Source of the DNA: Carcharhinus longimanus
Lineage: Eukaryota
DNA: 64,000 nt
Direction of reading: 5' to 3'
Assembly (NCBI GenBank): GCA_030264375.1
Contig: JASCQW010000072.1
Span: forward strand, 15,439,581 to 15,503,580
Positions 62,723 through 64,000 of the stretch are shown in pieces. The notes beneath the pieces are model-generated. The model was given only the letters and a program-made list of their open reading frames with translations, did no database searches and was not told the origin of the DNA. The first letter of the stretch is position 1. Each line of letters starts with the position of its first letter. Made by a program: the position numbers and the translations under genes.

Positions 62723-64000
62723 TTGCTATGTATTGAGAGGCAGTGTTCCTTCAGTGTTAATGGTAATTAGTTCATGCTGTTAAATTTGCTGTGAGTATTT
62801 GTGTCCCAGCAGGAAATTTATAAATAAAGCGTCTGAGCATGTATCAATCTCGTGTAAATAACTACATTTGAAACCTATGGCATGTAACGCATAGTCATAG
62901 GAGGCATGATTCCTGAATGTCAATTTGCAATAACATTCATCGTTGCATGCTAATTCTGTGACAGTTTGTAAAAATATTACACAATTAATTTATTGTCAGT
63001 ACATAAGCAAGTACTACACCAACAATTAATGAATTATAATATTTCATGCATATGAATTATCTGACAGCTGTGACCACATATTTAATTGATGCATTTTTCC
63101 AAAATGAACATCAGCGATCTCAGATTTTTGGGGTTCTGAGCGAATCAAAACCGCAAGACCTTGTTAGAGGTTGGTGTCATTACTCAGTGAAAATTATATC
63201 CATAAAGAAAAGTAACAGCTGGTTACATAGCGAGCCAGCTTGAGATAAATTTGTTCCACTTTTGTTTGAATGAATGACACTATAGAATGTTGAATGCCAA
63301 ACGAAAAGATACTCCGGAAGACATTAAAACTGCTATTATGCCATCCAACATTTTAAAAAAAATGTGCATTGGTATACTAAGTTTCAAAAAAATGTGTGCA
63401 CTTGTGACACTCATCAATCAGTGAGTTCCAAGGTTGGTACAAAACCTGCTTCCACATCTCTGAATTAACTAATAATATATATGAAAAAGTGACTCAGATC
63501 AGCTTAGTCCCTTTGAGGGCAAGACATGTATTCTCTATTTCAGATGCAATTCTTTTCCTGTCACCTCATCATGTCAAAAATGATACATTTGTTCTTTGAT
63601 TATGATTCTGATGTCCTTTTAAAAAGTTTTATTTTATAATTAAGTGCACACGTGGAATGAAACAGTGTTCTGTTGTCCTTGGTGCTTTCCAGTATCTCAG
63701 CAACGAAGAGCACAGACAAGGTCAGCCTATCTTGCACTTCATTTTAAAACAAACCTCTGTAGAATCTGGAGCCATACATAAAGGGACCAAAGATCCAGAC
63801 ATTGCTACTCCATCTCCCCCACAAAGTTGTTGATTGTGAAAATGAGCAATTCATAGATCTGTGTTCTGGTGGGATAACATTTTTTAAAATTGTATTTTCC
63901 AGTTCACTGTAACAGCAGGAGAAAATAACATTTTAATCTCTATATTCATAATAGTGGTTCTTAAACACCAGATGACTCCTTTTAAAAGCTTAGTTGCATA

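Overview
Eukaryotic, repeat-rich, mostly non-coding vertebrate DNA. The repeat inventory (HE1-type V-SINEs, a SacSINE1-like DeuSINE, CR1 LINEs with (TTCTATG)n tails) points to a cartilaginous fish, probably a shark; this is inferred from remembered repeat consensus sequences, not from a database search. No intact protein-coding exon could be identified, and the recognisable entries in the ORF track are decayed transposon fragments. A CpG-rich promoter-like region at about 12.0-12.9 kb has a TATA box, a YY1 motif and strong + strand splice sites. It suggests the 5' end of an unidentified gene whose long first intron(s) fill the rest of the window. Upstream lie a decayed Gypsy pol split by a solo LTR, Harbinger transposase and Myb-like remnants, and a Rex/Babar LINE. 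The most notable observations are: (1) a frameshifted, apparently retroposed dynein light chain roadblock (DYNLRB) fragment at 39.5 kb that the ORF track misses; (2) a minisatellite that arose inside the second copy of a tandem duplication next to the promoter; (3) fold-back repeats carrying CpG-decayed hammerhead-ribozyme cores; (4) several nested transposon insertions. I found no convincing novel multi-gene system. There are four N gaps. Most repeat boundaries are approximate.
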